Notes: generated by a model from the sequence alone, not told the origin. 36,131 nucleotides of DNA from an uncultured Hyphomicrobiaceae bacterium (GCA_964474225.1 CAYYSM010000001.1:1-36131); one strand, 5' to 3'; positions 18,700 through 28,589 are shown, counted from the first letter of the stretch. Program-made: numbers and translations.

Positions 18700-19902
18700 T
18701 CATGAACCATACACCTGGCACAACTGTCTTGCAATAACTTGCCAATCATACTTCATATCCACAAGTTGCCGACCGCCTTGAACCAAACGCTGGCACAAAG
18801 CATCATCATGGAGCAATTGCACCACACGCTCGGCAAAGTCCTCGGGGGTATCGGCAATCAGAATATCCTCCCCAGGCGAGACCTCCAGACCTTCGCATCC
18901 GATGGTCGTTGATACGACTGGACGCCCCAGCGCCATGGATTCCAAAATCTTTAGCCGCGTTCCCCCGCCAGCGCGCAGAGGCACAATCGATAGCAAAGCC
19001 TGTTGGTAATAGGGGATAACGCTCTCTACATAACCCGTCACCGTTACATCCTCAGAAGCCAAGGCGCGTACTATGCTTACAGGCTCCTTTCCTACAATAT
19101 ACAATTTTGCGTTGGGAACCTGCCGCTTAATCAACGGGAAAATCTCATCACAGAAAAATATCATAGCATCCACATTGGGCGAATAACTCATTTTTCCCAC
19201 AAACACTAAAATCGGCGCCGAGGGCAAACCTGGGGACATCGCGTATTCCCGAGCGTCAACGCCGTTGGGCACAACCACGATATCCAAACCTGCCGCAGCT
19301 TGAGCGAGGATGTCTCTGTCCACATCCGAGACGACCACACATGTATCAAAACGCCGGGCGTACTTGAGTGTAGCCCGTTTTGAAAACAGCAAATCCAAGT
19401 ACAGGGTCCGTAATTTATGCCCCCAATTCTGTCGGTCAACCCGGAAATTACGCCAAAAGCGCACGAAATCTATATCATGTAGACTGAGTATTTTGCGGCA
19501 GTTCCCAGAGCTCTCGACAGCATCAATATAAGGCGCCATTGAAATCCGGTGAAAATGCACAACGTCGAAGGATTCCGAAGCAGTCAGCGTCTTGATGCGT
19601 TCTCTCATCTTGGGTGAAAAGTAACTCACATTTCGCAAAGGTTCACATGTGAATAACCACTGTAACAAGAGCCATCGGCGCTGCCATTTTGAACGTCGCA
19701 CAGGTGGCACAACCTCTACATACTTGCAGAATGTACGTAAATAGTCTACAGCCGCTTGGCTGTCATCTCTAGGATAGGATAATGATATGAGCGAAACCTC
19801 GTGCTGTTGGGCGGTCCATTTTAATAAATTGAACACCCGCAATTCATTCCCCGTTGTAGGAGGGTATGACAGTTCCAGATTCGCCACCACCAAAATTTTC
19901 AT
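18700..19902 (-). CDS. Glycosyltransferase family 4
   Basis: YPPTTGNELR, VPNGVD, FVGKMSYSPNVDA and PLRAGGGTRLKILESMALGRPVVST. Confidence 0.92.
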   Translation of the reverse strand: MKILVVANLELSYPPTTGNELRVFNLLKWTAQQHEVSLISLSYPRDDSQAAVDYLRTFCKYVEVVPPVRRSKWQRRWLLLQWLFTCEPLRNVSYFSPKMRERIKTLTASESFDVVHFHRISMAPYIDAVESSGNCRKILSLHDIDFVRFWRNFRVDRQNWGHKLRTLYLDLLFSKRATLKYARRFDTCVVVSDVDRDILAQAAAGLDIVVVPNGVDAREYAMSPGLPSAPILVFVGKMSYSPNVDAMIFFCDEIFPLIKRQVPNAKLYIVGKEPVSIVRALASEDVTVTGYVESVIPYYQQALLSIVPLRAGGGTRLKILESMALGRPVVSTTIGCEGLEVSPGEDILIADTPEDFAERVVQLLHDDALCQRLVQGGRQLVDMKYDWQVIARQLCQVYGS

Positions 19903-19936
19903 ATTTCAGTTTTCCCTACCCGCACAAAAACTCAGA

Positions 19937-20824
19937 TTAGACCTTGACGCTTATGTTAGTCTTTAGTAGTTGCCAGCAAATATGCATCTGATTGACGCGT
20001 GAAGCACGATGATCAATCATCCATTTCGCAGCTTCTAAGATCAAAGTGGATGCACAATCCCACCACAGGAAGAGACGCACGCATATCCCTCCCTTTGTTC
20101 CAAAATGCTTGCGAAAATACAGCCATTGGCTGCGATAAAAGCGTAGCTGGCGCTTTAAGCCTAATTGTGACGCAGAAGCCTTATGATAATGAATCACCTG
20201 GGCCAAGGGCACATAGTAAACTTGCCATCCCCGGTCCCAATAGCGACGGCACAAGTCCACGTCTTCAAAGTACATGAAAAATTCTTCGTCAAATCCCCCG
20301 ACCATATCCCACATCTCACGCCGGGTCATTAAAACTGCCCCCATCATCCAATCTACAGGATGTACTTTATCCTGCTGCAAATTAATTAGACACTCATACG
20401 GGCGATTGAAATATCTAAGGCTAAGCTTCGGAAAATGATAACGGGATGCCTGCACCGTCCCATCCGAGTTATACAACTTGGGGCCGATCAGGCCCACGTT
20501 CGGATGCGCCTCCAGGTAGGCTACCATCTGCTGCAAAGCATCGCCCACTATCTCAGTATCCGGATTAAGGATAAGCAGATAGCGCCCCCGCGCTTCCCTG
20601 ACACCCAAGTTGTTACCACCAGTGTAGCCCAAGTTTTCCCGACTAGCCATTAAGCGTACATGGGGAAATTCATCACTGACCATCTGCACGCTATCGTCCG
20701 AAGAGGCATTGTCTACAACGATCACTTCTAAAGACAAATCACCCCGATTAGCATCGATAGAAGCCAGGCAACGTCGCAGCAGATGACATACATTCCAGTT
20801 GACAATGATGATAGAAAGTTCCAT
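19937..20824 (-). CDS. Glycosyltransferase family 2 (WbbL/rhamnosyltransferase-like)
   Basis: LSIIIVNWN, VVDNASSD, NLGYTGGNN, LNPDT and GGFDEEFFMYFEDVDLC. The ATG at 20824 was chosen from the domain boundary. Confidence 0.9.
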   Translation of the reverse strand: MELSIIIVNWNVCHLLRRCLASIDANRGDLSLEVIVVDNASSDDSVQMVSDEFPHVRLMASRENLGYTGGNNLGVREARGRYLLILNPDTEIVGDALQQMVAYLEAHPNVGLIGPKLYNSDGTVQASRYHFPKLSLRYFNRPYECLINLQQDKVHPVDWMMGAVLMTRREMWDMVGGFDEEFFMYFEDVDLCRRYWDRGWQVYYVPLAQVIHYHKASASQLGLKRQLRFYRSQWLYFRKHFGTKGGICVRLFLWWDCASTLILEAAKWMIDHRASRVNQMHICWQLLKTNISVKV

Positions 20825-20917
20825 TTCAATATAACATCGACTAACCTGTCTCACCAAATCAAAGACCCACACTTTGCTCTCACTGGTGGGCGGATAAAGT
20901 CGGTTACTAAGAGATTG

Positions 20918-21766
20918 TTATGAAGCATCGACCAGGTATTCCGCATATGGAGTGTCACGAAATGCTTCAACTAGCTCTTCATAGTTAATGATCCAGTCAG
21001 ACAGCGTCCTAGTAGTTACCTTCTGCATAAGAGTTGACACAGGTTCCGAGGGAATACCTATAAAATCACAGACCACATCTACCGTTTTCTGATGCAATTC
21101 ACTATCGCGAAGGTGTTCTTCATAGGTCAATGACAAACAAGGAACATCCTGAAGCACCCTGCGTTCGAAACTCTTTCGAGATTCTGCTTCCTTTAACCAA
21201 CTTAGTATATCCTCAATTTCGACTCGGATAGCTTTTCTCTCCAACGGCCCATCTGAAACACGATGATGGAACTGAACTTGACGAGCATAGATATTCGAAA
21301 GCGCATAACGTAATAGATTAGCACGAGTCAAATAGATAATTCTGTAACCACTCTTGTGAAGATAAGAAATAAAGCGCTCGGGACGTTTGATTTTTTGCAC
21401 CTCCTGCAAATGATAAGTAAGCAGCTTGAAGCCATAAACTTCAGCTTCGCTCATCGATGCGCAAACATCCACACGCCTTCTGGGAAACAGGAAATATTGA
21501 TAGAAAATTTCATTATCACAATTAACACAACTTTGAGAATTGAGCAAGTCGACCAATAACGTACTCCCCGACCGGCCTCGGCTAAAGATGACAAACCTTT
21601 TTTGGGGAAGATTGGGCCTTGTCAGGAAAAATAAGCCAGTGCGAAAGATGTGCTTGGCGTTCTCCATAACGCTTGGAGCAATTACTGCATCCAATTTGCG
21701 ATAGACAAAAGTGTGTTGCAAGCGTCTCATCTGTTGATAAATTAAAGAGTCTCTTAAGCGCTTCAT
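20918..21766 (-). CDS. Sulfotransferase (Stf0-like)
   Basis: FVIFSRGRSGSTLLVDLLNSQ, YGFKL, IIYLTRANLLRYALS, LTYEE and IINYEEL. RBS GGAGG. Confidence 0.85.
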   Translation of the reverse strand: MKRLRDSLIYQQMRRLQHTFVYRKLDAVIAPSVMENAKHIFRTGLFFLTRPNLPQKRFVIFSRGRSGSTLLVDLLNSQSCVNCDNEIFYQYFLFPRRRVDVCASMSEAEVYGFKLLTYHLQEVQKIKRPERFISYLHKSGYRIIYLTRANLLRYALSNIYARQVQFHHRVSDGPLERKAIRVEIEDILSWLKEAESRKSFERRVLQDVPCLSLTYEEHLRDSELHQKTVDVVCDFIGIPSEPVSTLMQKVTTRTLSDWIINYEELVEAFRDTPYAEYLVDAS

Positions 21767-21899
21767 CTAGTTATTTCCTCCAACGTAACCGGGCCAGATT
21801 GCCACTTTTATCAACTGCCCAAAAACTAGAAACTTCTTTCATTTTCGAACCAAGCCCAAAAGTAGAGATATCCCAAAACTTCAAGGTTTCCAACACCTC

Positions 21900-23678
21900 C
21901 TAATACTGCCTGACAATCAAAGGAAGATAAACTCGGTATATATGCTCTACAACAGCCAGGTTTACTTGAATGCGCTGTTGATCGCGCGTCGCCCCTTTTT
22001 CACCAACAAGAACGATGTCAGCGCCCCCAAAAAGAGTACCTAAACCTGTTACATCAACAGTAACCGTAAGAACTGCCGGCGTTGTGCCAGAACCAGGCGC
22101 GATACTTAACCAACTGACCGTTGGGCTGAGGGTGGCGGTCCACGTCATCGTGTCATCGGAGCGGCTTTCAATGCGAACCGTCTTTGGGTCTGGATTGACT
22201 TCCCCTATCTCGACCCAAAAAATCAGCACATCTGGAACCACGTCCAAACCAAAGGCATACTCATCGGCGCCAATATCGTACGCTTCGCCCTGGGGTCGAG
22301 AGTCTCCGTCAAAATCATAATCTGGCGCGTTTTCCGCTCTACCGCTATCTATAGCAAGAGACCCTATCTGTATATGAAAATCCGCGCCAGCAGGATCGCG
22401 AAACATAGGATCGCCTTCTACATGATGATCTCCCAAGATTTCCCTTGCCCCCCCTCTAAAGCCATCTATCAAATTATAATCCACAACCAGGGAATCCAGT
22501 GGAACATCCGCGTGTAACCAAAGTTGATAGGATAGGTTTTGGCTAAGGATATTATTCCGCACGACAAGATTCTCAATGTCAGGATTCACAATACTCATCC
22601 CACCGCCCCACTCTATCCCGTTACCATATATTGTATTGTTGATAATTGTAATGTCACGCATGGGATGGCTAGCAGACCCGCTACAACATCTCGACACGTA
22701 GATGCCGCTATAGCTATCATAGATAACGTTATTGTAGATCGTGACGTTCTCAAGAAGTCCACCCGACTCGGCCGCTACCGCAATGCCAAAATTAGCCTGC
22801 GCATCATGCACAACGTTATCAAAGACCTCAATGTTATAGGTATGTTTAGAAACAGAATCCACGTATATACCCACGCTTTGCTGGTGATGCACGTAATTGC
22901 CGTAGACTTTTCCATTGGTTGAACCATTTTTTACATCTATGCCTATACCTTCGCCTATATGGGTCCCAGGCCCCCCGTGATGCACGTGATTATCTTTAAC
23001 CTCAAAGGTATCTGTGCGGGCAATCGTAATGCTCTCCTGATGTCCACCGTTGCACGCCAGTTCAACTTCATTGCCCAAAACGGTTACGTGATCACTAACC
23101 CAAACCCCAATGCCAGAAGAGACCGTATTGTAGGTATAGTTCCCCTCAATATAAATGTGGCTTGCATGAGACACCACGATGCCAGCACTGTTTTCATCGG
23201 GACAGGCATGCTTTACCTGTAACCCCACAATCTTGATATAGTTCTCTCGACTGATGTGAACTAAACCCGCAACACCACTGGGTAAAGATATACCGCTACC
23301 ATCAATCACCACCGTCTCCCCAGGATAGGCAGCAAAGGTAATATAGTTGCCACTGCTGCCTGAATTCTCAGGAATGAGTCTCTCACGGTAGGTGCCGGCT
23401 CTGATATAGACAGTGTCGCCCGCTACCAATGTATCGGCAGCTTTTTGGAGGGTGCGCCAGGGGTGCGTTAGCGTTCCTGGGTTATTATCATTACCGCTTG
23501 AACTCACATAATATACATTTTCAAGAGGCGATGCAGGCGCTGGCGGGTGCAAGGCGAGAATTTGAGCAGAAGACACCTTGTGAGCCTGCAACAAAGCAAG
23601 TAAAGTCAACAGAAAAATGAGCAGAACCCGGTGTCTCTTCGTATCCCCTTTCCAACTTTCAAAAGCTACTAGTTGCAC
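21900..23678 (-). CDS. Secreted right-handed beta-helix (pectin-lyase-like/DUF1565) protein with choice-of-anchor-Q-like and BACON-like domains and a C-terminal VYLPLIVR motif
   Basis: Signal peptide, YYVSSSGNDNNPGT...PWRTLQKAAD...GDTVYIRAGTYRE, Asn-ladder repeats (IYNNVIY, IINNTIY, VRNNI), DFHIQIGSLAIDSG...YDIGADE and WTAT...SWLSIAPGSG. Confidence 0.85.
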   Translation of the reverse strand: MQLVAFESWKGDTKRHRVLLIFLLTLLALLQAHKVSSAQILALHPPAPASPLENVYYVSSSGNDNNPGTLTHPWRTLQKAADTLVAGDTVYIRAGTYRERLIPENSGSSGNYITFAAYPGETVVIDGSGISLPSGVAGLVHISRENYIKIVGLQVKHACPDENSAGIVVSHASHIYIEGNYTYNTVSSGIGVWVSDHVTVLGNEVELACNGGHQESITIARTDTFEVKDNHVHHGGPGTHIGEGIGIDVKNGSTNGKVYGNYVHHQQSVGIYVDSVSKHTYNIEVFDNVVHDAQANFGIAVAAESGGLLENVTIYNNVIYDSYSGIYVSRCCSGSASHPMRDITIINNTIYGNGIEWGGGMSIVNPDIENLVVRNNILSQNLSYQLWLHADVPLDSLVVDYNLIDGFRGGAREILGDHHVEGDPMFRDPAGADFHIQIGSLAIDSGRAENAPDYDFDGDSRPQGEAYDIGADEYAFGLDVVPDVLIFWVEIGEVNPDPKTVRIESRSDDTMTWTATLSPTVSWLSIAPGSGTTPAVLTVTVDVTGLGTLFGGADIVLVGEKGATRDQQRIQVNLAVVEHIYRVYLPLIVRQY

Positions 23679-23747
23679 GTTTCCCCTTTTCTATCAGCCC
23701 CAAAAAAATGATGACCAACGGCTCAATTTTGTTAGAGAACAGATCGC

Positions 23748-23957
23748 CTACACATCCCAGTCGTTGTCCTGCTCATAGCCTGCGGCGATCAATGTTTCAC
23801 CGGCAATCTCTTTGAAAATAGCTACATTCTCTTCATTGAAATGGTTGCGCCAGTCCCCAATAACCCCTTTGCGATAAAAGTGTCCCGCATTCTCCTGACC
23901 AGGCTTCCGCCCGCCAGACAACTTGGCAAATGTGTAATTTATCCTCTCAGTCTTCAT
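23748..23957 (-). pseudogene. C-terminal remnant of a sulfotransferase
   Basis: 69 aa containing FAKLSGGRKPGQE and the PAPS-binding motif RKGVIGDWRNHF. The 5'-PSB loop and catalytic core are absent. Confidence 0.85.
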
Positions 23958-23961
23958 CTCT

Positions 23962-25233
23962 TCACGAACTCCTAGTCGATATTTTGAAAAGTAACCGAAA
24001 AATTAGACGGTTTTCATAATATCGTTTGTTTCGAAGGCGTCGCAACATTCCTGTGAAACTGCGCCAATTATCTCCAAGAGAAACTTGCAGCGCATTATAA
24101 ACCAAATGAAAACCACGATACCTCGGAAAAGATACACCCGCAACTAACATAGCTAGCAATCGCGACGCAACAAGTCGCCGCCTCATAGCTTGATATGGTT
24201 GAATGACTTGCACATCCTCCAAAGTAAAAGGATCCACAGCCAAGTAATGTGCTCTTACAGCTTTGTCTAAAATGCTCTGCCCTCTAGGCGTTCTGCATAG
24301 AATCAGGCTCCTCCCGGGCCTTTCCTCAAAACTCGGTTTCCCATCCTCTATGTACCAAGCATCCCCACAAGTAATATCAGATAGTTGCCCATCACCGTCA
24401 GCGCAGATTTTACATCGGAATTGGAGCTGTCTCCCAAGAATCTTGCCCCACGAATCATGATAACTCGTCTTGTGGACGATACCATTATCCATCACTGCAC
24501 GGACTTGACCTGGCCACCCATGCCCTCGGTATCTCAGATCAACTACTTTAGCCGAGTCAGCCCCCATAGAGGTAACCATATCCTTGGTGGCATATATACT
24601 GGGGGTGCCAGCACACATAAAAGCGATCATACAATAAACCCTAGAAGCCAAATGAGGATACACCTGCAAAAAATCCCGTAACGCCGCCACATCGCAGGGT
24701 TTTCCAACAAAAGCTATACGGCCACTATTTTTTTCCAGTGTCCTCTTAAAATCGGTTAAAGGGGCCGCTGGGGCATACCTTGATCCAGCACACCTAACGA
24801 CATCCTCTCGGTTCTGGCTGAGATAAACCTGGTTTTGCAAGGGATCCGCCGAGCTAACCCCAATATGCAGAGCGTAATCCACATGGCCTTGTTCAAGCAG
24901 ATAACAAAGTAGAGCACTAACAGCGCCACCCGAAGACCCACACCATCGCAAGGCCTCATCAGTCGCATATCCCGCCTTGACATCAACAACCGGTCCCCAA
25001 AGCTTATCCCACAGACGGTTCCCCACATTCCGTGCATGACGAACTGCAATTCCAGGACAAACTTGTTTGATCGTATTCCAGTATTGAGCATAGTTCCCCA
25101 GCACGCTCGGCCTGAGAAAACCTTCCTTGTCCAGTTGTATATTGATCCGATCTTCGCCAGCGATGGCCTGACAGATGCCACAACCCACACAAAGATCAAG
25201 GCTTACGATATCCTCGACGCTCTTAATCTTCAT
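23962..25233 (-). CDS. Coenzyme F420 hydrogenase/dehydrogenase beta-subunit (FrhB-like) Fe-S flavoprotein
   Basis: CVGCGICQ ferredoxin motif, SSGGAVSALL, AGSRY, FVGKPCD, FMCAGTP, YRGHGWPG, RCKICAD and DITCGDAW. Confidence 0.88.
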   Translation of the reverse strand: MKIKSVEDIVSLDLCVGCGICQAIAGEDRINIQLDKEGFLRPSVLGNYAQYWNTIKQVCPGIAVRHARNVGNRLWDKLWGPVVDVKAGYATDEALRWCGSSGGAVSALLCYLLEQGHVDYALHIGVSSADPLQNQVYLSQNREDVVRCAGSRYAPAAPLTDFKRTLEKNSGRIAFVGKPCDVAALRDFLQVYPHLASRVYCMIAFMCAGTPSIYATKDMVTSMGADSAKVVDLRYRGHGWPGQVRAVMDNGIVHKTSYHDSWGKILGRQLQFRCKICADGDGQLSDITCGDAWYIEDGKPSFEERPGRSLILCRTPRGQSILDKAVRAHYLAVDPFTLEDVQVIQPYQAMRRRLVASRLLAMLVAGVSFPRYRGFHLVYNALQVSLGDNWRSFTGMLRRLRNKRYYENRLIFRLLFKISTRSS

Positions 25234-26476
25234 AGACCTGCTCGATAATGCTAGCTAGCTCTTGGCAAAACGCATCGACGTTTTGCGCGACCATATCGCT
25301 TTTATCAAGGATAGCTTGACGCAAGGCCTTTCTATTCTCAAACCCCTCACAGACTTTTTGATAAGCTTGATCATGGCTGTCAGACTTCAGATCTACCAAT
25401 GTGGGATAACCTAAAGAAGACGTAAACAAACCGGAGAATTTTCGGCTATAAGCCATAGGCGCCATTGGGACGCCGGAGGAGTAAGCGGCAATGCACGCGT
25501 GCATGCGTGCACCAATTAGAAAATCCAAGCCGCTGATATAGCTTTTGGCCTCAATGGGCGTTCTGAATACTGGAGGGAGTATCAACTCCGGTATATCCCT
25601 ATGTATCTGTTCAGCAACCGCATAATCATCTGCCACGACAAGATGTCCAGCGAGAACAACGTGCGGAACAAGGTGCACAACCACATCTTCTTTTTTCAAA
25701 AAGAACTGGAGGATACCCTCCATAACCTGCCTGTAATTGAGCGCCAGTTTGAACATGTTGTCCTCGGTATATCCACCATGCCACAACAGCGCTGAAATAT
25801 TGAGCCCCACGTGCGTCTTTCCCGGTGTAAAATGCACGCTCTCATAGGGTAAACTGAAAGCAAGGTCAAGATATTGACGAAACGCCCGATTGGGAATCGC
25901 GTTTTGTAGATACGCCAGACTGTCCTGGTCACGAGGATAGACATAGGGAATACGGCGTATCAGTTGATTCGCAACAAATCGAGAAAGAAAATGCTCAAAA
26001 GGGCCAATGGTCTGCGGAAGCAATACAAGGGGCTTGTTGGCGCGCAATGCAAACAGCTTGGTCAAACAGAGCTTAATGAACCGCTCGCTACCATATATAT
26101 CAGCGAAGCTGTCTCCTTCACCGATATCCAGAATAAGGTCATATTGCGCTAGATTCTTGGGGAATTGTGAACCACGACGTATTAACCACCTTATAAACCG
26201 CGCCCAGCTTCTCACCTTTCGCACTTGTATATGAGGAAACTTCAGAGGTTCAAACTTAAAGGGAATTTTCCTATCCCTAATTTCAATCTCACCCGCGTGA
26301 CTGTTTTTATGTGCGCCTCCCCAGCCCATAATGGTATAGTTAAAACGTTTCCCAAGTTGATCCGCCACCGTCTCCAGATACCACAATGCGGCATACGTCA
26401 GTGCATTCACCCCCATATTGGGCGAATACACTGAATGCCATATTAAACAGACATTGAGACCAGCGTCATTCCCCAT
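25223..26476 (-). CDS. Polysaccharide pyruvyl transferase family protein (WcaK-like)
   Basis: NMGVNAL, GEGDSFADIYG, LLPQTIGPF, RDQDS, DLAF and GARMHACIAA...AYSRKF. Confidence 0.88.
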   Translation of the reverse strand: MGNDAGLNVCLIWHSVYSPNMGVNALTYAALWYLETVADQLGKRFNYTIMGWGGAHKNSHAGEIEIRDRKIPFKFEPLKFPHIQVRKVRSWARFIRWLIRRGSQFPKNLAQYDLILDIGEGDSFADIYGSERFIKLCLTKLFALRANKPLVLLPQTIGPFEHFLSRFVANQLIRRIPYVYPRDQDSLAYLQNAIPNRAFRQYLDLAFSLPYESVHFTPGKTHVGLNISALLWHGGYTEDNMFKLALNYRQVMEGILQFFLKKEDVVVHLVPHVVLAGHLVVADDYAVAEQIHRDIPELILPPVFRTPIEAKSYISGLDFLIGARMHACIAAYSSGVPMAPMAYSRKFSGLFTSSLGYPTLVDLKSDSHDQAYQKVCEGFENRKALRQAILDKSDMVAQNVDAFCQELASIIEQVYED

Positions 26477-26480
26477 AAGC

Positions 26481-27719
26481 TCAGGCTTCTTTTAAGTTGA
26501 TCTCAATCGTGTGCGGAAGGCCAATCAACGGCGGATCCCCCGCTGAGAACTTGATGTCATTGTTCCTGGCGCTACCCACCACAAAGGTCTGTGCATTGCT
26601 CACTCGGTCAAACAGCACCAACAAGTCGGTCACCGATACATAGATCGAATATGACCTAGGGTATAAATAAATATCGGGAAACGTGCAAACGATTTCCCCA
26701 TCTTGACTCAGGTCTTTTACATCGACATTGGCCCAAGTGATCAGGGTCTGGGTCGCAAAGTCTTGGATGCCAACCCTGAATCGCGCGAATTCAATGGGCT
26801 TTAGCACCTTGAACTGTGCTCTAACTGTGATGGGTTCGCCCACGGCTAGCGATGACTCGCCCGTAAGCGCGGACTCGATCGATACATCTGTAAATCGGAT
26901 TTCCCCAGACCCCTCACGTTGACCAACGCCCTTGGCGGTATGCTCGGCGTACTGGGAATTGGAATCATACAAGTACTGTGAAATCACCTGGTCAGTCTGC
27001 CCCTGAGCGAGCACGCGGCCATGTTCCAAATACATCGCGCGATCGCACACCTGCTCGATATTGCGGAGATTGTGAGAGACGAGAATCACAGCGGTCTCAC
27101 GGCTGCGGAACAGTTTTTGCATATAATTGATACACTTTCTCCGAAAATAAGCGTCCCCCACCGCGAGCACCTCATCGACAATCAAGATGTCGGGTTTCAA
27201 CTGCGCCGCTACAGCAAAGCCCAAGCGCACCCGCATGCCCGAGCTATAACTCTGCACAGGCGTGTCAACGAACTCCTCCAAACCGGCAAAGTCAATAATC
27301 TCCTGGATCATCCGATCCACCTGGCGCTTGGGAATGCCTAGCACCGCCGCATTGACATAGATATTTTCGCGGCCTGTCAAGATAGGATTAAAGCCAGCGC
27401 CCAGTTCGATCAAAGCCCCCATCCGACCGTGCACGGTGATTTGCCCCACATCCGGCTTAACCAACCCGTTGAGCAGTTTCAGCAACGTACTCTTGCCTGC
27501 GCCATTAGGGCCCATCAACCCCAGGCTTTCCCCTCGTTTTAGTTCAAATGAAATGTCACGTAAAGCCCAGAACTCTTGAGGGCGCAAATTCTTGGACCGG
27601 CTATTACGCCCCAACAGTTCATTGGTGATATCCTGCACGCCATACCACAGCGATCGCTTTAGATCCCGACAAAACTTTTTAGAGACACCCTTGACGCTTA
27701 CCAGCACTTCACCACTCAC
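26481..27719 (-). CDS. wzt: Polysaccharide ABC transporter ATP-binding subunit with C-terminal Wzt_C-like domain
   Basis: Walker A GPNGAGKST, signature YSSGM, Walker B ILIVDEVLAVGD, VSH, and a C-terminal extension starting REGSGEIRF. Confidence 0.93.
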   Translation of the reverse strand: MSGEVLVSVKGVSKKFCRDLKRSLWYGVQDITNELLGRNSRSKNLRPQEFWALRDISFELKRGESLGLMGPNGAGKSTLLKLLNGLVKPDVGQITVHGRMGALIELGAGFNPILTGRENIYVNAAVLGIPKRQVDRMIQEIIDFAGLEEFVDTPVQSYSSGMRVRLGFAVAAQLKPDILIVDEVLAVGDAYFRRKCINYMQKLFRSRETAVILVSHNLRNIEQVCDRAMYLEHGRVLAQGQTDQVISQYLYDSNSQYAEHTAKGVGQREGSGEIRFTDVSIESALTGESSLAVGEPITVRAQFKVLKPIEFARFRVGIQDFATQTLITWANVDVKDLSQDGEIVCTFPDIYLYPRSYSIYVSVTDLLVLFDRVSNAQTFVVGSARNNDIKFSAGDPPLIGLPHTIEINLKEA

Positions 27720-27728
27720 TTGTTCCCC

Positions 27729-28589
27729 CTAAGCGCCAATGCGTTCAACCAGGTGTGGTATCGCCACTCGATAAAGCACCCACCCAAGTAACAAAAGTAT
27801 CACAATGGCGGCAGAAACGATCCAAAAACCCTCTAGTTGCGTAAACGACCCGGTGGTCAGCATCTCACGCGTGGTGACCAGCAATGGGCTGACCGGATTA
27901 AGCGTGACCAGCAAAGATGCGGGCCAGGTAGACGGTGGATCATAGACCACGGGCGTCAAGAAAAACCAAAGCGAAGTCAAGATCGTAATCCCTCGCTGCA
28001 CATCCTGGTACAACACACCCAATGGCGAAAGCAAGATACCAAACATCAAACCCAAGGCGATGAGAGAGAACACACCAAAAGGGGCCAAAAGCGCCGTAGA
28101 AGGCAGAGGGATGCCAAACCAAATAAAGACAATGATAAATAAAACGATACGGATTGTGAAATTAAACAGCACTTCACCCAACCCGGCCAAAATCAGCGCC
28201 TCGCGCGGAAAATTGACCTTGGCCAGCATAGATCGGGACGAAGTGATGAGCTTTAAGGGACTGTTGAGCGCGTCTACGAAACCCTCCCACAGCAGCGTAC
28301 CCAGCATCACATAAACGGGATAAGGCAAGCCACTATTCTCGTTTGAAGGGCTGATGATGTTTTGAGCGTTAAGAAAAACAAACGTCAGCGTCGTCGCAAT
28401 CGGCGGTAAAAAGGCCCAAAAGTAACCCAAGACTGACTGGCGATACTGAGCGCTAATGTTACGCACGAAAAGGCGCCAGGCTAATTCACGCGAAGCGAAT
28501 AAATCGTGCACCATCGCGCTCAGCAATTGGCGCGGCCGGCGCAGCGCCGACTCGGGGGTATAAACAACTTTAGACAATTGATTAGACAT
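27729..28589 (-). CDS. wzm: Polysaccharide ABC transporter permease
   Basis: RNISAQYRQSVLGYFWA, KVNFPRE, FFLTPVVY, LNPVSPL and about six TM helices. The ATG at 28589 has RBS GGAGAGG. Confidence 0.93.
   Translation of the reverse strand: MSNQLSKVVYTPESALRRPRQLLSAMVHDLFASRELAWRLFVRNISAQYRQSVLGYFWAFLPPIATTLTFVFLNAQNIISPSNENSGLPYPVYVMLGTLLWEGFVDALNSPLKLITSSRSMLAKVNFPREALILAGLGEVLFNFTIRIVLFIIVFIWFGIPLPSTALLAPFGVFSLIALGLMFGILLSPLGVLYQDVQRGITILTSLWFFLTPVVYDPPSTWPASLLVTLNPVSPLLVTTREMLTTGSFTQLEGFWIVSAAIVILLLLGWVLYRVAIPHLVERIGA

Noticed and set aside
23962-25233. FrhB-like gene as evidence of an F420 hydrogenase or methanogen origin
   Set aside because: No frhA/frhG or maturation genes are present, and it is coupled to a pyruvyl-transferase-like gene in a glycan locus.
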